Assembly: GCA_031367385.1 (NCBI GenBank)
Contig: JANLPS010000452.1
Coordinates: 1 to 18,144, forward strand
DNA from: Archangium sp.
Lineage (GTDB): Bacteria > Myxococcota > Myxococcia > Myxococcales > Myxococcaceae
Reading direction: 5' to 3'
DNA: 18,144 nucleotides
The position numbers were made by a program, and so were the translations under genes. How positions within the stretch are numbered: the stretch's first letter is position 1; every line of letters starts with the position of its first letter. The notes below the pieces were generated by a model. That model was not told where the DNA came from. It worked only from the letters and a program-made list of their open reading frames with translations, and searched no databases. Of this stretch, positions 1 to 10,553 are shown piece after piece.

Positions 1-81
1 CTCCGGTTGCCGCCGCGTGCCGATGCCACTCCGGCTCAGCTATTCAGCGCTCTTCGAAAGCGACTGATGACGCGGCGGTAA
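1..81 (+). CDS. possible 3' end of an upstream gene (partial)
   Basis: Frame 1 is open from the window edge (LRLPPRADATPAQLFSALRKRLMTRR) to TAA at 79-81; no recognisable motif. Confidence 0.25.
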   Translation, partial: LRLPPRADATPAQLFSALRKRLMTRR

Positions 82-295
82 CCGGGTCTCTCACGTGCCG
101 CAGATCGCGTCACCCTCGAGCCGATCCGCATCGCGTGGGTCTGAGCGACCTTCACGCCGTAGGGAAACCGGTCGTACCTCGACGCACACGTCTGCTCAGC
201 GCGGGTTGGTTCGAGAATGAGCGGGTTGCGCAGAAGAAGCGCTTCACGATCTTTCGAGATTTATGCAACTCGTCGTACTTACACGCCAAGCATCG

Positions 296-311
296 TGGCG
301 CGAGCCATGCT
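296..311 (+). promoter_or_regulatory. candidate sigma54 (-24/-12) promoter
   Basis: TGGCGCG-AGCC-ATGCT versus consensus TGGCACG-N4-TTGC(A/T), with exact GG-N10-GC spacing. Predicted +1 is about 322, just before ATG 324. Confidence 0.45.
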
Positions 312-323
312 CCACCGCAGCGA

Positions 324-1214
324 ATGAACAAACTGCTTCCTGCATTGGTAGTCCTGATCGGCTGCGGGCTCCCGAGCGAGCCGCAAACCGAAGCCTCGAA
401 GTCGCTGAGCCAAGAGTTGAGCGACGACAACGGCATGTCGGCCAATGGTTTCTCGGCCAACGGCATGTCTGCGAACGGCTTCTCGGCGAACGGGTTCTCA
501 GCGAACGGCTTCTCGGCCAATGGCATGTCGTACATCGCCGCCGACGGAGCCATCACTGCGCCCAGCGGCTCGAACTCCGCTTTCGCGACATGGTTCAACT
601 CGAACGTCGCCCAAAATGCAGCGTGGATGAAGTACGTCGTCAAGTGCGCGGTACCGCGCGGCGGCTCGGTGAGCTACGGCGGCTATACCTGGTACGGCTC
701 GGTAGGCGTCGCGCCCGGCTTCGTGACCGGCAACCCGACGGTCAGAGACCAAGAAGCGATGACGGCGTGTCTCATGGCGCACGTCAACGCCAATGGCAAT
801 TCGGTCGTCATCTCGCTGCTCAGCCCGAGTCTCGGCCTCACTTACGACACGGGGTACAACCAACCCGAGGGCGCCTTCTTCGGCAACATCTTCGCCCCGA
901 CCCGAACTGCGTACGCCTGCTCCCAGAGAATTGCGAAGCCCTCGTCGTGCCCGAGCGTGCCGGGTACCACCATCGAGTACGGCGATATCTCCAGCTACAA
1001 CCCCTCTGGTGGCACGGGGCGAAGCTGCGCCTCAACCAGTGGAGGCTGCACTGGCATGCTCTACGTCGGCACCTGTTCTTCCCGTTGCACCAGCTTCACT
1101 CCATGGGGGTCGTGCACCTACAACGGGCAAGTGTTTTCATCACCGATCACGTCGTACCAGCCGCCCGTCTCGACGACCGTCATTTGCGACACCTTTCGCT
1201 TCAAGTTCACGTGA
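324..1214 (+). CDS. Cys-rich secreted lipoprotein with NG(M/F)SA pentapeptide repeats (myxobacterial type, function unknown)
   Basis: ATG 324 gives a signal peptide with a lipobox-like Cys (MNKLLPALVVLIGC), then seven NGxS repeats, then YVVKCA...ACLMAHVN...EGAFFGNIF and a Cys-rich C-terminus. The track start at 135 adds an implausible leader. Confidence 0.8.
   Translation: MNKLLPALVVLIGCGLPSEPQTEASKSLSQELSDDNGMSANGFSANGMSANGFSANGFSANGFSANGMSYIAADGAITAPSGSNSAFATWFNSNVAQNAAWMKYVVKCAVPRGGSVSYGGYTWYGSVGVAPGFVTGNPTVRDQEAMTACLMAHVNANGNSVVISLLSPSLGLTYDTGYNQPEGAFFGNIFAPTRTAYACSQRIAKPSSCPSVPGTTIEYGDISSYNPSGGTGRSCASTSGGCTGMLYVGTCSSRCTSFTPWGSCTYNGQVFSSPITSYQPPVSTTVICDTFRFKFT
429..530 (+). repeat. 15-bp coding tandem repeat, 6 full copies plus 1 partial (AAYGGN-ATG/TTC-TCN-GCS)
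   Basis: AACGGCATGTCGGCC / AATGGTTTCTCGGCC / AACGGCATGTCTGCG / AACGGCTTCTCGGCG / AACGGGTTCTCAGCG / AACGGCTTCTCGGCC / AATGGCATGTCG; variation is synonymous except M/F. Confidence 0.95.
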
Positions 1215-1222
1215 GCGCTGAC

Positions 1223-3105
<1,883 letters not shown>

Positions 3106-3136
3106 GTGTGATGACCCCCTCGTCGACGCGGAGAAG

Positions 3137-4930
3137 TTATTCGATTTCGACGTTGAAGCTGACCCGTTGCTGGGCGAACAGGTTGAACGGCTCGCTCCAC
3201 TTCGATTGCCCGACCGTCACCAAGATGCGGTGGCTGCCCTCCCAGATTGACAGGTCGGCTTTCAGCGGAGCGACGCCCATGCGAACGCCGTCGATGAAGA
3301 TCACCGCCCCGTCAGGAGCCGTCACGTTGACCGTGCCCTTCTCGAACGCGAACTTTTGCGAGTACGGCTCACCCGCGCGCAGCTGCAGCACGCGCCCGGT
3401 GTTGATGCCCAGCTCTTTGTTCACCAGAGAAATCGGCCGCCGCCCAACGGGGAAAGTGCCGTGCCACGGCGTATGCCCCAACACTTCGCCATCGACCACC
3501 ACGTCGACCGAGGGCAGCGAATCGAGGTCGACCTCGACCGGCGCGTAGTTCACCGGGGTCGACGGCGTCGCCTGTGCGACCGCGGCGTCGGGCACCGCTG
3601 CGACCGGGTCGACCGCAACCGGCGCGCTCGAGCCTGCATCGTTCTCGATGGGAGGCGAGGTCAACGCCATTGCCGGGCCCGAATCAATCGTCGCCGCCGT
3701 GGTGGGCAGGCGCACGCCAGGTTGTTCTTCGCGCAGCAGCTCTGACTGCCCCAGCGGTTGATTCGACTTCTGAATGCCGTACCAAACGCCCGACGCCACC
3801 ACGAGCAGCAGGGCGAAGATCACCCACGGCATGTTCGATTTGCGATCTGGCTCGTCGTCTTCGTCAGGCGGAGGAAACGCCACGACCGACGCCTTGACCG
3901 GCGGGGCAGCCGCAACAGCAGCTGGAGGCGCGACGACCGACGCCGGCATCGAGGGCATCGTGTTCGGCGCCTTTTCGGTGGCCGACCACTGCCTGCGCAC
4001 GAAGTCGGCGATGCCCGCATCGATGGTGTGACGGCGGGCCGCGCGCACGTCATGCGACTCGGGGAAGAGGGTCTCGAGGTACTGCACCAGCTCATCGGTG
4101 CTCGCGATCTCAGCCCCGACCGCGCCTTCAATCGCTTCGCGCAACGCCAGCGGGTGAGGGTACCGCTCGAGCGCCTTCTTCGCGCAGGCCTTGACGATGA
4201 CCTTCTCGAGCTCTGGCGTCATGTCGCCCGGAGGCGCCGGAGGCAGCGGCAGCGTCAGCACCGCGTGATCGAAGAAGTCACCTTGATCAGCCCAGGGCAC
4301 GACGCCCGTGAGGCACTCGTAGAGCGTCAACCCCAGCAAATACACGTCGGTCGGTATCGAGATCGCTTCTCGCCCACCGATGATCTGCTCGGGCGCCGAA
4401 TGCACGCGGCGGCCCTTCACCCGCTGGCCACCAATCTCTCTCGGAGCGAACGCCAGCGCCCCATACCCGGTGATCTTGGTCACGCCGCCGAACGAGAGCA
4501 GCATCGTCTCGGGGCGCAGGTCTCCGTGCACCAGCGGCAGGCCGTCATCGTTGCCCGCGATGTGCGCGTAATGAACACCAGTGCACGCGTCGACGATGAT
4601 CTTCGCCGCGATTCGGGGCGGCAGCTTCTTGCCCAGGTCGAGAATCTTGCGCAGCGACTCGCCGTCGGCGAACTCGACCACGCGCGCGTTGCCCTCTTCG
4701 AGCGACGCAAACCCCATCACGGTCACGATGTTCGGGTGATCGAGCTTTGCCGCATGCTCGGTTTCACGCTGAATCTTGGCCAGCAACGTCGGGTCGCTCT
4801 GCGCCGCCTCAGGCACCCAGATGATGACGACCGGGCGCGCTTTGTTGTCTTCACTGACCGCGAGACCCAAGAAGGCGCGCGAGCCTTCGCCCGCCTGTAA
4901 CGGCCCCAAAGCCTGATAGCGGAAAGCCAT
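3137..4930 (-). CDS. membrane Ser/Thr kinase-like protein (probable pseudokinase) with TM helix and C-terminal PEGA-like domains
   Basis: Kinase fold motifs LDHPNIV, EFADGESL, HGDLRPE, APEQ and TDVYLLG; TM segment WVIFALLLVVASGVWYGI; PEGA-like VVVDGEVLGHTP and IFIDGVRMGVAPL. Confidence 0.9.
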   Translation of the reverse strand: MAFRYQALGPLQAGEGSRAFLGLAVSEDNKARPVVIIWVPEAAQSDPTLLAKIQRETEHAAKLDHPNIVTVMGFASLEEGNARVVEFADGESLRKILDLGKKLPPRIAAKIIVDACTGVHYAHIAGNDDGLPLVHGDLRPETMLLSFGGVTKITGYGALAFAPREIGGQRVKGRRVHSAPEQIIGGREAISIPTDVYLLGLTLYECLTGVVPWADQGDFFDHAVLTLPLPPAPPGDMTPELEKVIVKACAKKALERYPHPLALREAIEGAVGAEIASTDELVQYLETLFPESHDVRAARRHTIDAGIADFVRRQWSATEKAPNTMPSMPASVVAPPAAVAAAPPVKASVVAFPPPDEDDEPDRKSNMPWVIFALLLVVASGVWYGIQKSNQPLGQSELLREEQPGVRLPTTAATIDSGPAMALTSPPIENDAGSSAPVAVDPVAAVPDAAVAQATPSTPVNYAPVEVDLDSLPSVDVVVDGEVLGHTPWHGTFPVGRRPISLVNKELGINTGRVLQLRAGEPYSQKFAFEKGTVNVTAPDGAVIFIDGVRMGVAPLKADLSIWEGSHRILVTVGQSKWSEPFNLFAQQRVSFNVEIE

Positions 4931-4937
4931 GGGCGCG

Positions 4938-4965
4938 AAGGTAGAGTGTCAGGAGCGCACGTCAA
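4938..4965 (-). promoter_or_regulatory. candidate sigma70-type promoter for a leaderless kinase mRNA
   Basis: TTGACG-N16-TACCTT, then 7 nt to ATG 4930; no SD sequence. Confidence 0.4.
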
Positions 4966-4995
4966 CTCCTGTGACGCGCAAAGCCTTGAAAAGCG

Positions 4996-6300
4996 TCAAA
5001 AGGGCAGCGTGATGTAGTACCCGCGAGCACCCCGGCTCACCAGCAGCAGCACGCTCGGCGCCCCGCGCGCCTGAACGATGACGTCGCGGAACTCATCGAT
5101 ACCACTGAGGTTCTTGTTGTTGATTCGGCGAATGAGGTCGCCTGGCTCGAGGCCAACCCGCGCCGCCACCGAGCCCGGCCGCACCGAGGTGATCGCGACC
5201 CCACCCGGCGCTCCAGCGGTGGCCCCTGCCGAGGCCTTCACCCGCAGGCCCAACCGATCCCACACCGTGGAGTCGACCAGCTTGGTGGGAAATTCGGCCG
5301 GCGTCAGCACCACATCGATGCTCTGCCCGGCGCGAAAGAGCTGAATCTTGACCGGTGACTTGGCGGTGAAGCTCTTGAGCCGGCTCTTCAGATCATCGCC
5401 GTCTTCGACCTGCGTGGTGCCGACGGTGACGATGATGTCTCCTTTTTGAATGCCGGCGCTCTCGGCCGGGCTGCCCGGCTCGATGTTGGTGATGAGCGAG
5501 CCGTACGTTCGGTCCCACCCCAGGCGGCGCGAGAGGTCGAGCGAGAGCGGCTGCACGTCGATGCCGACCCAGGCTGGGCGCACTTTGCCGAACTGCGTCA
5601 GCTCGGTGACGATGCGCCTGACCTTGTCGGCCGGTATCGCGAACCCGATGTTCTGGGCGCTGGCGATGATCGCCGAGTTGATGCCGATGATCTCTCCGTC
5701 GATGTTGAGCAGCGGGCCGCCTGAATTGCCCGGGTTGATCGACGCGTCGGTCTGAATGAAGTCGTTGTACACGCGATCTTCGTTGCGAATGGTGCGGCCC
5801 AGCGCACTGACCACGCCCACCGTGACCGTCTTCTTGAGCCCCAACGGGCTGCCGATCGCGACGACCGATTCACCGATCATCAGGTCAGACGATGTACCCA
5901 ATTTGGCCACCGGCAGTGGCACCTTGGCATTCACTTTGAGCACCGCGAGGTCGTTCTCGGCGTCGCTGCCGATCACTTCGGCGTCGATTTGCCTGCCGTC
6001 GGCGAGCACCACGTGAATCTCCGAGGCGCCGCGAATCACGTGCTCGTTGGTCACGATCACCCCAGCCGAATCGATGATCACGCCCGAGCCGAGACCCTCG
6101 ACCGCGCGGCGCTCTTCACGAGGGCCGAAGAAGAAGTCGTCGAAGCCGCTGCGCTGCCGAAAGCGGGTTTCGACCACCTGCACGGTGCCAATGTAGACGA
6201 CGGCCGGCGAAACCTTTTCGACCACTTGCACGACTGGGCTGCGGCGCGAGGCGAGGTCTCCTGACACCAGACTCAGACACAAGAGAAGGGCATGGCTCAT
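4996..6300 (-). CDS. HtrA/DegP/DegQ-family serine protease with two PDZ domains
   Basis: GSGVII, TNEHV, DLAVLK and IQTDASINPGNSGGPL (intact His/Asp/Ser triad); two PDZ repeats (GSPAESAGIQKGD, GSVAARVGLEPGD). Confidence 0.95.
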   Translation of the reverse strand: MSHALLLCLSLVSGDLASRRSPVVQVVEKVSPAVVYIGTVQVVETRFRQRSGFDDFFFGPREERRAVEGLGSGVIIDSAGVIVTNEHVIRGASEIHVVLADGRQIDAEVIGSDAENDLAVLKVNAKVPLPVAKLGTSSDLMIGESVVAIGSPLGLKKTVTVGVVSALGRTIRNEDRVYNDFIQTDASINPGNSGGPLLNIDGEIIGINSAIIASAQNIGFAIPADKVRRIVTELTQFGKVRPAWVGIDVQPLSLDLSRRLGWDRTYGSLITNIEPGSPAESAGIQKGDIIVTVGTTQVEDGDDLKSRLKSFTAKSPVKIQLFRAGQSIDVVLTPAEFPTKLVDSTVWDRLGLRVKASAGATAGAPGGVAITSVRPGSVAARVGLEPGDLIRRINNKNLSGIDEFRDVIVQARGAPSVLLLVSRGARGYYITLPF

Positions 6301-6351
6301 GGCGGCCTTTGATTAACTCAACTCGCGCTTTCGTTGAGCTAAGAAGTGCGA

Positions 6352-7017
6352 ATGCGACAAGTGCTGAGCACCGCCGTGGTGTTGTTCGCCGTGAACGCCT
6401 TCGCCCAAGATGACGCCGAACCGAAGCGGGTGATGGTCACTTACCTGAATGCGTTGACCGGCAACGGCGACGAGGCGGGCAAAGACCTGCTGCTCGGCGG
6501 AGTCACCATGAACGCGCAGCTCTTCAGCCTCGAGAACTACACCATCGGCACCAAAGACCCGGTGAAGAAAGAAGAGGGCGACCTCGCGCACGCCGTGCAG
6601 ATGATGAATGACTACGACCGGGCCAGTCGGGCGGCGTTGAGCAAGTTGCTTGGCATCGAGGCGGTCGGTGATGACTTGAAGATGACCGAGGTCTCTCAGG
6701 CCGACGCCGCCAAGCTGCTCGGGCCCACGAGAGAAAAAGCACAGGCGTTCGAGAAGGCCCACAAGGTGCTGGCGCATGACGGCCTTCGGGTCGGCAAAGA
6801 GGTGTACTTTCACCCGAAGAACCCGATGCGCGCCGTGCTCGCCAAGGCGGGCAGCACCGGCAAGTACACGATTGAGATTCACCGGTGGAACATCACCACC
6901 ACCGAGGGCGCCGCGAAGACTCCGCGCACCTGGCCGATGCGCGTGATGCGTTTCAAGAGCGCGAAGATCGACACCGGGTGGAAAGTGATCCCCGCGTCGG
7001 ATTGGAACGCGGAGTAG
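6352..7017 (+). CDS. secreted hypothetical protein
   Basis: Sec signal MRQVLSTAVVLFAVNAFA|QD; GC3-rich codon usage; alternative GTG start at 6346. Confidence 0.8.
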   Translation: MRQVLSTAVVLFAVNAFAQDDAEPKRVMVTYLNALTGNGDEAGKDLLLGGVTMNAQLFSLENYTIGTKDPVKKEEGDLAHAVQMMNDYDRASRAALSKLLGIEAVGDDLKMTEVSQADAAKLLGPTREKAQAFEKAHKVLAHDGLRVGKEVYFHPKNPMRAVLAKAGSTGKYTIEIHRWNITTTEGAAKTPRTWPMRVMRFKSAKIDTGWKVIPASDWNAE

Positions 7018-7033
7018 GTCGCGCGTTCCCTCG

Positions 7034-8068
7034 TTATTTCTGCGAGCGCAGCGTCCACCCGATCATCTTGTAGAGCAGCCGGGCGCCGACGTTGCCGTCC
7101 CACTCGTTGCCGTCGGGCCCCGGTGAGACCTCATTCAAGTCGAACCCCACGATGCGCTTCTTCGCGCGCACGATGCCCTCGAGCAACGAGACCGCCTGCT
7201 GAAAGGTGAGCCCACCGGGCACCGGAGTCCCCGTGTTCGGGCACAGCGTCGGCTCCAGGCCGTCGATGTCCCACGAGAGATAGACGTCTTGCGGGAGCTC
7301 GTGAACGATCACGTCGACCTGCGAGTGCCATGACATGCCTTCGTGGCGCGCACGGGCCAGCCGCGCGTCGAAGAACGTGTGCACCCGGTTGTTCGAGGCC
7401 TGAATGAAGTTGTACTCGGCTTCTCCGAAGTCGCGAATACCGACCTGCACCAGCTTCGCGACGTTCGGCAGCTTGGTGGCCACGTTGAACATGATCGACG
7501 CGTGCGACCAGATGAACCCTTCGTACGCATCGCGCAGGTCGGCGTGCGCATCGAGGTGCAAGACGCCCATACCGGGGTGCGCTTCGGCACAGGCCTGAAT
7601 GTTGCCGTACGGGCTCGAGTGATCTCCGCCAACCACGCCGACGATCTTGCCCTGGGCGATGTACTTCTTGGCGTTGGAGTAGACCCAGCCGTTCATTTGG
7701 GCGCACAGCGCGTTGATCTTCGCGAGCGCGGTCGGGTCTTCAGCGACTCCGGCGTTGTCGATGATCGGCTTGGCCAGCGCTTTGGCTTCGTCATTCCACC
7801 GGCGCACGTCGGCGGGCTCGTCGAGCATCGCGATGCCCGCTTCGTAGGGTTTGCCGGTGTCGAGGTCGAAGAGGTCGACTTGCTTCGAGGCAGAGAGCAC
7901 GGCGGCGGGGCCGTCAGCAGTGCCTCCGCCGTAGCTGGTGGTGGCTTCGAAGGGCACCGGCAGCAGCACCACCTTCGCTTGCTCGGGTGTGTAGGGCAGG
8001 CCGAAGACGCCGGAGTTGAGTGGTGAGGCGCCGTTGGGGTCGAACGAGAGAGTCATGTGCGTAGTCAC
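7034..8068 (-). CDS. agmatinase / ureohydrolase family protein
   Basis: GGDHS, HLDAHADLR, WDIDGL, TGTPVPGG and DLNEVSP motifs. Start is GTG 8068 (GTGA overlap with the upstream stop) or ATG 8056. Confidence 0.92.
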   Translation of the reverse strand: MTTHMTLSFDPNGASPLNSGVFGLPYTPEQAKVVLLPVPFEATTSYGGGTADGPAAVLSASKQVDLFDLDTGKPYEAGIAMLDEPADVRRWNDEAKALAKPIIDNAGVAEDPTALAKINALCAQMNGWVYSNAKKYIAQGKIVGVVGGDHSSPYGNIQACAEAHPGMGVLHLDAHADLRDAYEGFIWSHASIMFNVATKLPNVAKLVQVGIRDFGEAEYNFIQASNNRVHTFFDARLARARHEGMSWHSQVDVIVHELPQDVYLSWDIDGLEPTLCPNTGTPVPGGLTFQQAVSLLEGIVRAKKRIVGFDLNEVSPGPDGNEWDGNVGARLLYKMIGWTLRSQK

Positions 8069-9039
8069 CAGGTCAGAACGATTTTTCCGTAGTTTTGGTT
8101 GTCGGCCATGCGCCCGAGGCCTTTGGCGATGTCGCTCATCGGTAACACCGAGTCGATCACCGGAGTCAGCTGCCCACTCGCAAACGCCGGCATCAGCCGT
8201 GACTCGAGGGCCTGTGCGACCGCTATTTTCTCTTCGAGCGGTCGGCTGCGAAGCGCGGTGCCTTGAATTCGAAGGCGTTTTTGCAACACCACACCGAGTG
8301 GCAGCTCGACCGTTGCGCCCGCGACGAGGCCGACCAGCAGCAAGGTGCCCTTCGGGGCCAGCGAGCGCACCGATTCAGGCACGAAGTCGCCGCCGACGAG
8401 ATCGAGCACGAGGTCGACTCCGCGGCCGTCGGTGAGTGACTTGACCTGGTCTGCGAAGGTCGGGCCCGAGGTGAGAATCGCGTCTTTGCCAAGGCCGACC
8501 CGCTCGAGCTTGCTGGCGGTGCGCGCGGTGCCGATGACTCGGGCCCCGTAGAGCTTGGCGAGCTGAACGGCGGCGGTGCCGACTCCGCTGGCGACGGCGT
8601 GAACGAGCACCTGCGAGCCGACGGTCATGCCGCCTTGAGTCACGAGTGCGTCAAATGCCGTTGAAAATGCTTCGGGTATCGCCGCGGCGTGCTCGAGCGT
8701 GACGGAGGCAGGCACGCGAATCGCTTCTCGTTCATGGGTCACCAAGGTTTGAGCCCACGCGCCCCCGCCGACGAGCCCCATCACCCGGTCGCCGACCTTC
8801 CATCGGGTCACGCGAGCTCCAACCGAGGCGACTTCACCCGAATATTCAATGCCGGGGATGTCTTGCACGATGCCGGCGGGGGCAGGGTAGAGGCCGCGGG
8901 TCTGCAGCAGGTCGGCTCGATTGAGCGCCGTTGCCTTGACCGTGACGGTGATCTCGTCAGGGCCGGCAATTGGGGCCGTGGCGTCGTCGATTCGCAGACC
9001 CGCCGGACCAGTCAGCTCAACGGCTCGAACGGCTTTCAT
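8065..9039 (-). CDS. NAD(P)H-quinone oxidoreductase, PIG3/zeta-crystallin (MDR) family
   Basis: ALNRADLLQTRGLYP, PGIEYSG, VHAVASGVGTAA, GTALRSRP and GKIVL; start reassigned to MKAVRAV at 9039. Confidence 0.92.
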   Translation of the reverse strand: MKAVRAVELTGPAGLRIDDATAPIAGPDEITVTVKATALNRADLLQTRGLYPAPAGIVQDIPGIEYSGEVASVGARVTRWKVGDRVMGLVGGGAWAQTLVTHEREAIRVPASVTLEHAAAIPEAFSTAFDALVTQGGMTVGSQVLVHAVASGVGTAAVQLAKLYGARVIGTARTASKLERVGLGKDAILTSGPTFADQVKSLTDGRGVDLVLDLVGGDFVPESVRSLAPKGTLLLVGLVAGATVELPLGVVLQKRLRIQGTALRSRPLEEKIAVAQALESRLMPAFASGQLTPVIDSVLPMSDIAKGLGRMADNQNYGKIVLTW

Positions 9040-9137
9040 GATCGAAGCGAGTAACACACTCCGGTAACGCCAAGGGGCCCCCAAAACTCTGCGACTCGTT
9101 AACTCTCATGGTGAGCCTGTCGAACCACGAACCGCTC

Positions 9138-10553
9138 ATGCGGTATGACCCCCTCATGCACTTCATTCAACGGCGCGAGCGCTTGCTGGGCACCCTCGAA
9201 CGACCCGTGGTTCTCTTCGCGGGAGGCCTGCGAGGCCGCAACTACACCGCGAACCCGTACGCCTATCGCGCCGACAGCAACTTCCTCTATTTCTTCGAGC
9301 GCCCCGAGCCGGGCAGCGCCGCCCTCTTCGACCCTGCAGACAAATCGGTCACGCTCTTCCTCCCCGCGCGCTCGCTCGACGACGTGATCTGGCACGGTGA
9401 GCTCGAGTCTTTCGCCGCCGCCCAAAAGCGTCACGGAGTCACTGCAGTGCTCGATGTCGAGCAGCTCGAGACCCACCTGGCGAAGCTGGGTAAAGGCCGT
9501 CAACTTTCGGCACTCGCGGTGGCCGATCACAACGCGCTGTACCGGGCCCGGGCCATCACCGGTGAGGACCTCTCGTTCGACGACGACGCGCGCTACGGCC
9601 TCTGGGCGGTGATGAACGCCATCGCGCAATTGCGACTGATCAAAGGCCCCGAGGAGCTCGCTGAGATGCGAAAGACCGCGAAGATCACGCACGAAGCCCA
9701 CGTCGCGGCGATCAAAGCCTCGAAGCCCGGAGTCACCGAGCAGGCCCTCATGGGTCACGTCGAGGGCACTTTCGCGAAGTACGGCTGCGTGCCGGCTTAT
9801 CTGACGATCTTGAGCGTGCGCAGCGAGGTGCTGCACAACCACGCGCACGACAAAGTGTTGCAATCGGGCGACGTGATGCTGCTCGACGGCGGCGCCGAAG
9901 ATTCGACCACGGGCTACTGCAGCGACGTCACCCGCTGTTGGCCCGTCGGAGGCCCATTCACCGCCGAGGGCCGCGATGTGTACGACACCGTGCTCAAAGC
10001 GCAGGAAGCCAGCATCGCCGCGGTCAAACCCGGCGTGCGTTTTCGCGACTTGCACTTGCAATCAGCGAAGGTCATGGCCGAGGGCCTGGTCTCGATGGGC
10101 CTGCTCAAAGGCAACGTCGACTCGTTGGTCGAATCGGGCGCCCACGCCGTCTTCTTCCCCCACGGGCTCGGGCACCAAATCGGCCTCGACGTGCACGACA
10201 TGGAGTCCTTCGGCGACCGCGTTCACTACCCCAACGGGCGCACGCGCAGCGCCCAGTTCGGCACCAAGTACCTGCGAATGGATCTCGACCTCGCCGAGGG
10301 CATGACCTTCACCATCGAGCCGGGTGTGTATTTCGTGCCTGCCATCTTGCGCAGCCCAGAGATTCAGAAGCAGTTCAAAGGCCAGGTCGACTTCGAGAAG
10401 GCCGAGAAATTCTTGGCGATGAATCAAGGCCGAGGCTTCGGGGGCATTCGCATCGAAGACGACGTGCTCTGCACGAAGGCCGGTATCGAAGTGCTCACCG
10501 CCTCAATCCCGAAAAAACGCACTGAAATCGAATCGCTCGTCGGCACAGCGTGA
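9138..10553 (+). CDS. pepP: Xaa-Pro aminopeptidase (M24B, aminopeptidase P)
   Basis: N-terminal YRADSNFLY, then LLDGG, YCSDVTR, HGLGHQIGLDVHD, TIEPG and GIRIEDD metal ligands. Start uncertain (9108/9138/9156). Confidence 0.92.
   Translation: MRYDPLMHFIQRRERLLGTLERPVVLFAGGLRGRNYTANPYAYRADSNFLYFFERPEPGSAALFDPADKSVTLFLPARSLDDVIWHGELESFAAAQKRHGVTAVLDVEQLETHLAKLGKGRQLSALAVADHNALYRARAITGEDLSFDDDARYGLWAVMNAIAQLRLIKGPEELAEMRKTAKITHEAHVAAIKASKPGVTEQALMGHVEGTFAKYGCVPAYLTILSVRSEVLHNHAHDKVLQSGDVMLLDGGAEDSTTGYCSDVTRCWPVGGPFTAEGRDVYDTVLKAQEASIAAVKPGVRFRDLHLQSAKVMAEGLVSMGLLKGNVDSLVESGAHAVFFPHGLGHQIGLDVHDMESFGDRVHYPNGRTRSAQFGTKYLRMDLDLAEGMTFTIEPGVYFVPAILRSPEIQKQFKGQVDFEKAEKFLAMNQGRGFGGIRIEDDVLCTKAGIEVLTASIPKKRTEIESLVGTA

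Noticed and set aside
135..323. Track N-terminal extensions (135 here; also 9084, 11213 and 12369)
   Set aside because: Downstream starts (324, 9039, 11291, 12567) match the signal peptide or family N-terminus and avoid large overlaps.
429..530. Tandem repeat as a CRISPR array or DNA-level element
   Set aside because: There are no spacers, the period is 15 nt in frame, and variation is synonymous, so it is a protein repeat.
4950..4971. CAGGAG-N10-CTCCTG inverted repeat between degP and the kinase gene as a terminator
   Set aside because: Only a 6-bp stem with no U-tract; it overlaps the candidate promoter and could arise by chance.
7034..9039. Agmatinase and quinone oxidoreductase as part of the RiPP cluster
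   Set aside because: They are ordinary metabolic genes on the opposite strand, separated from the cassette by accD-folC, and the core has no Arg.
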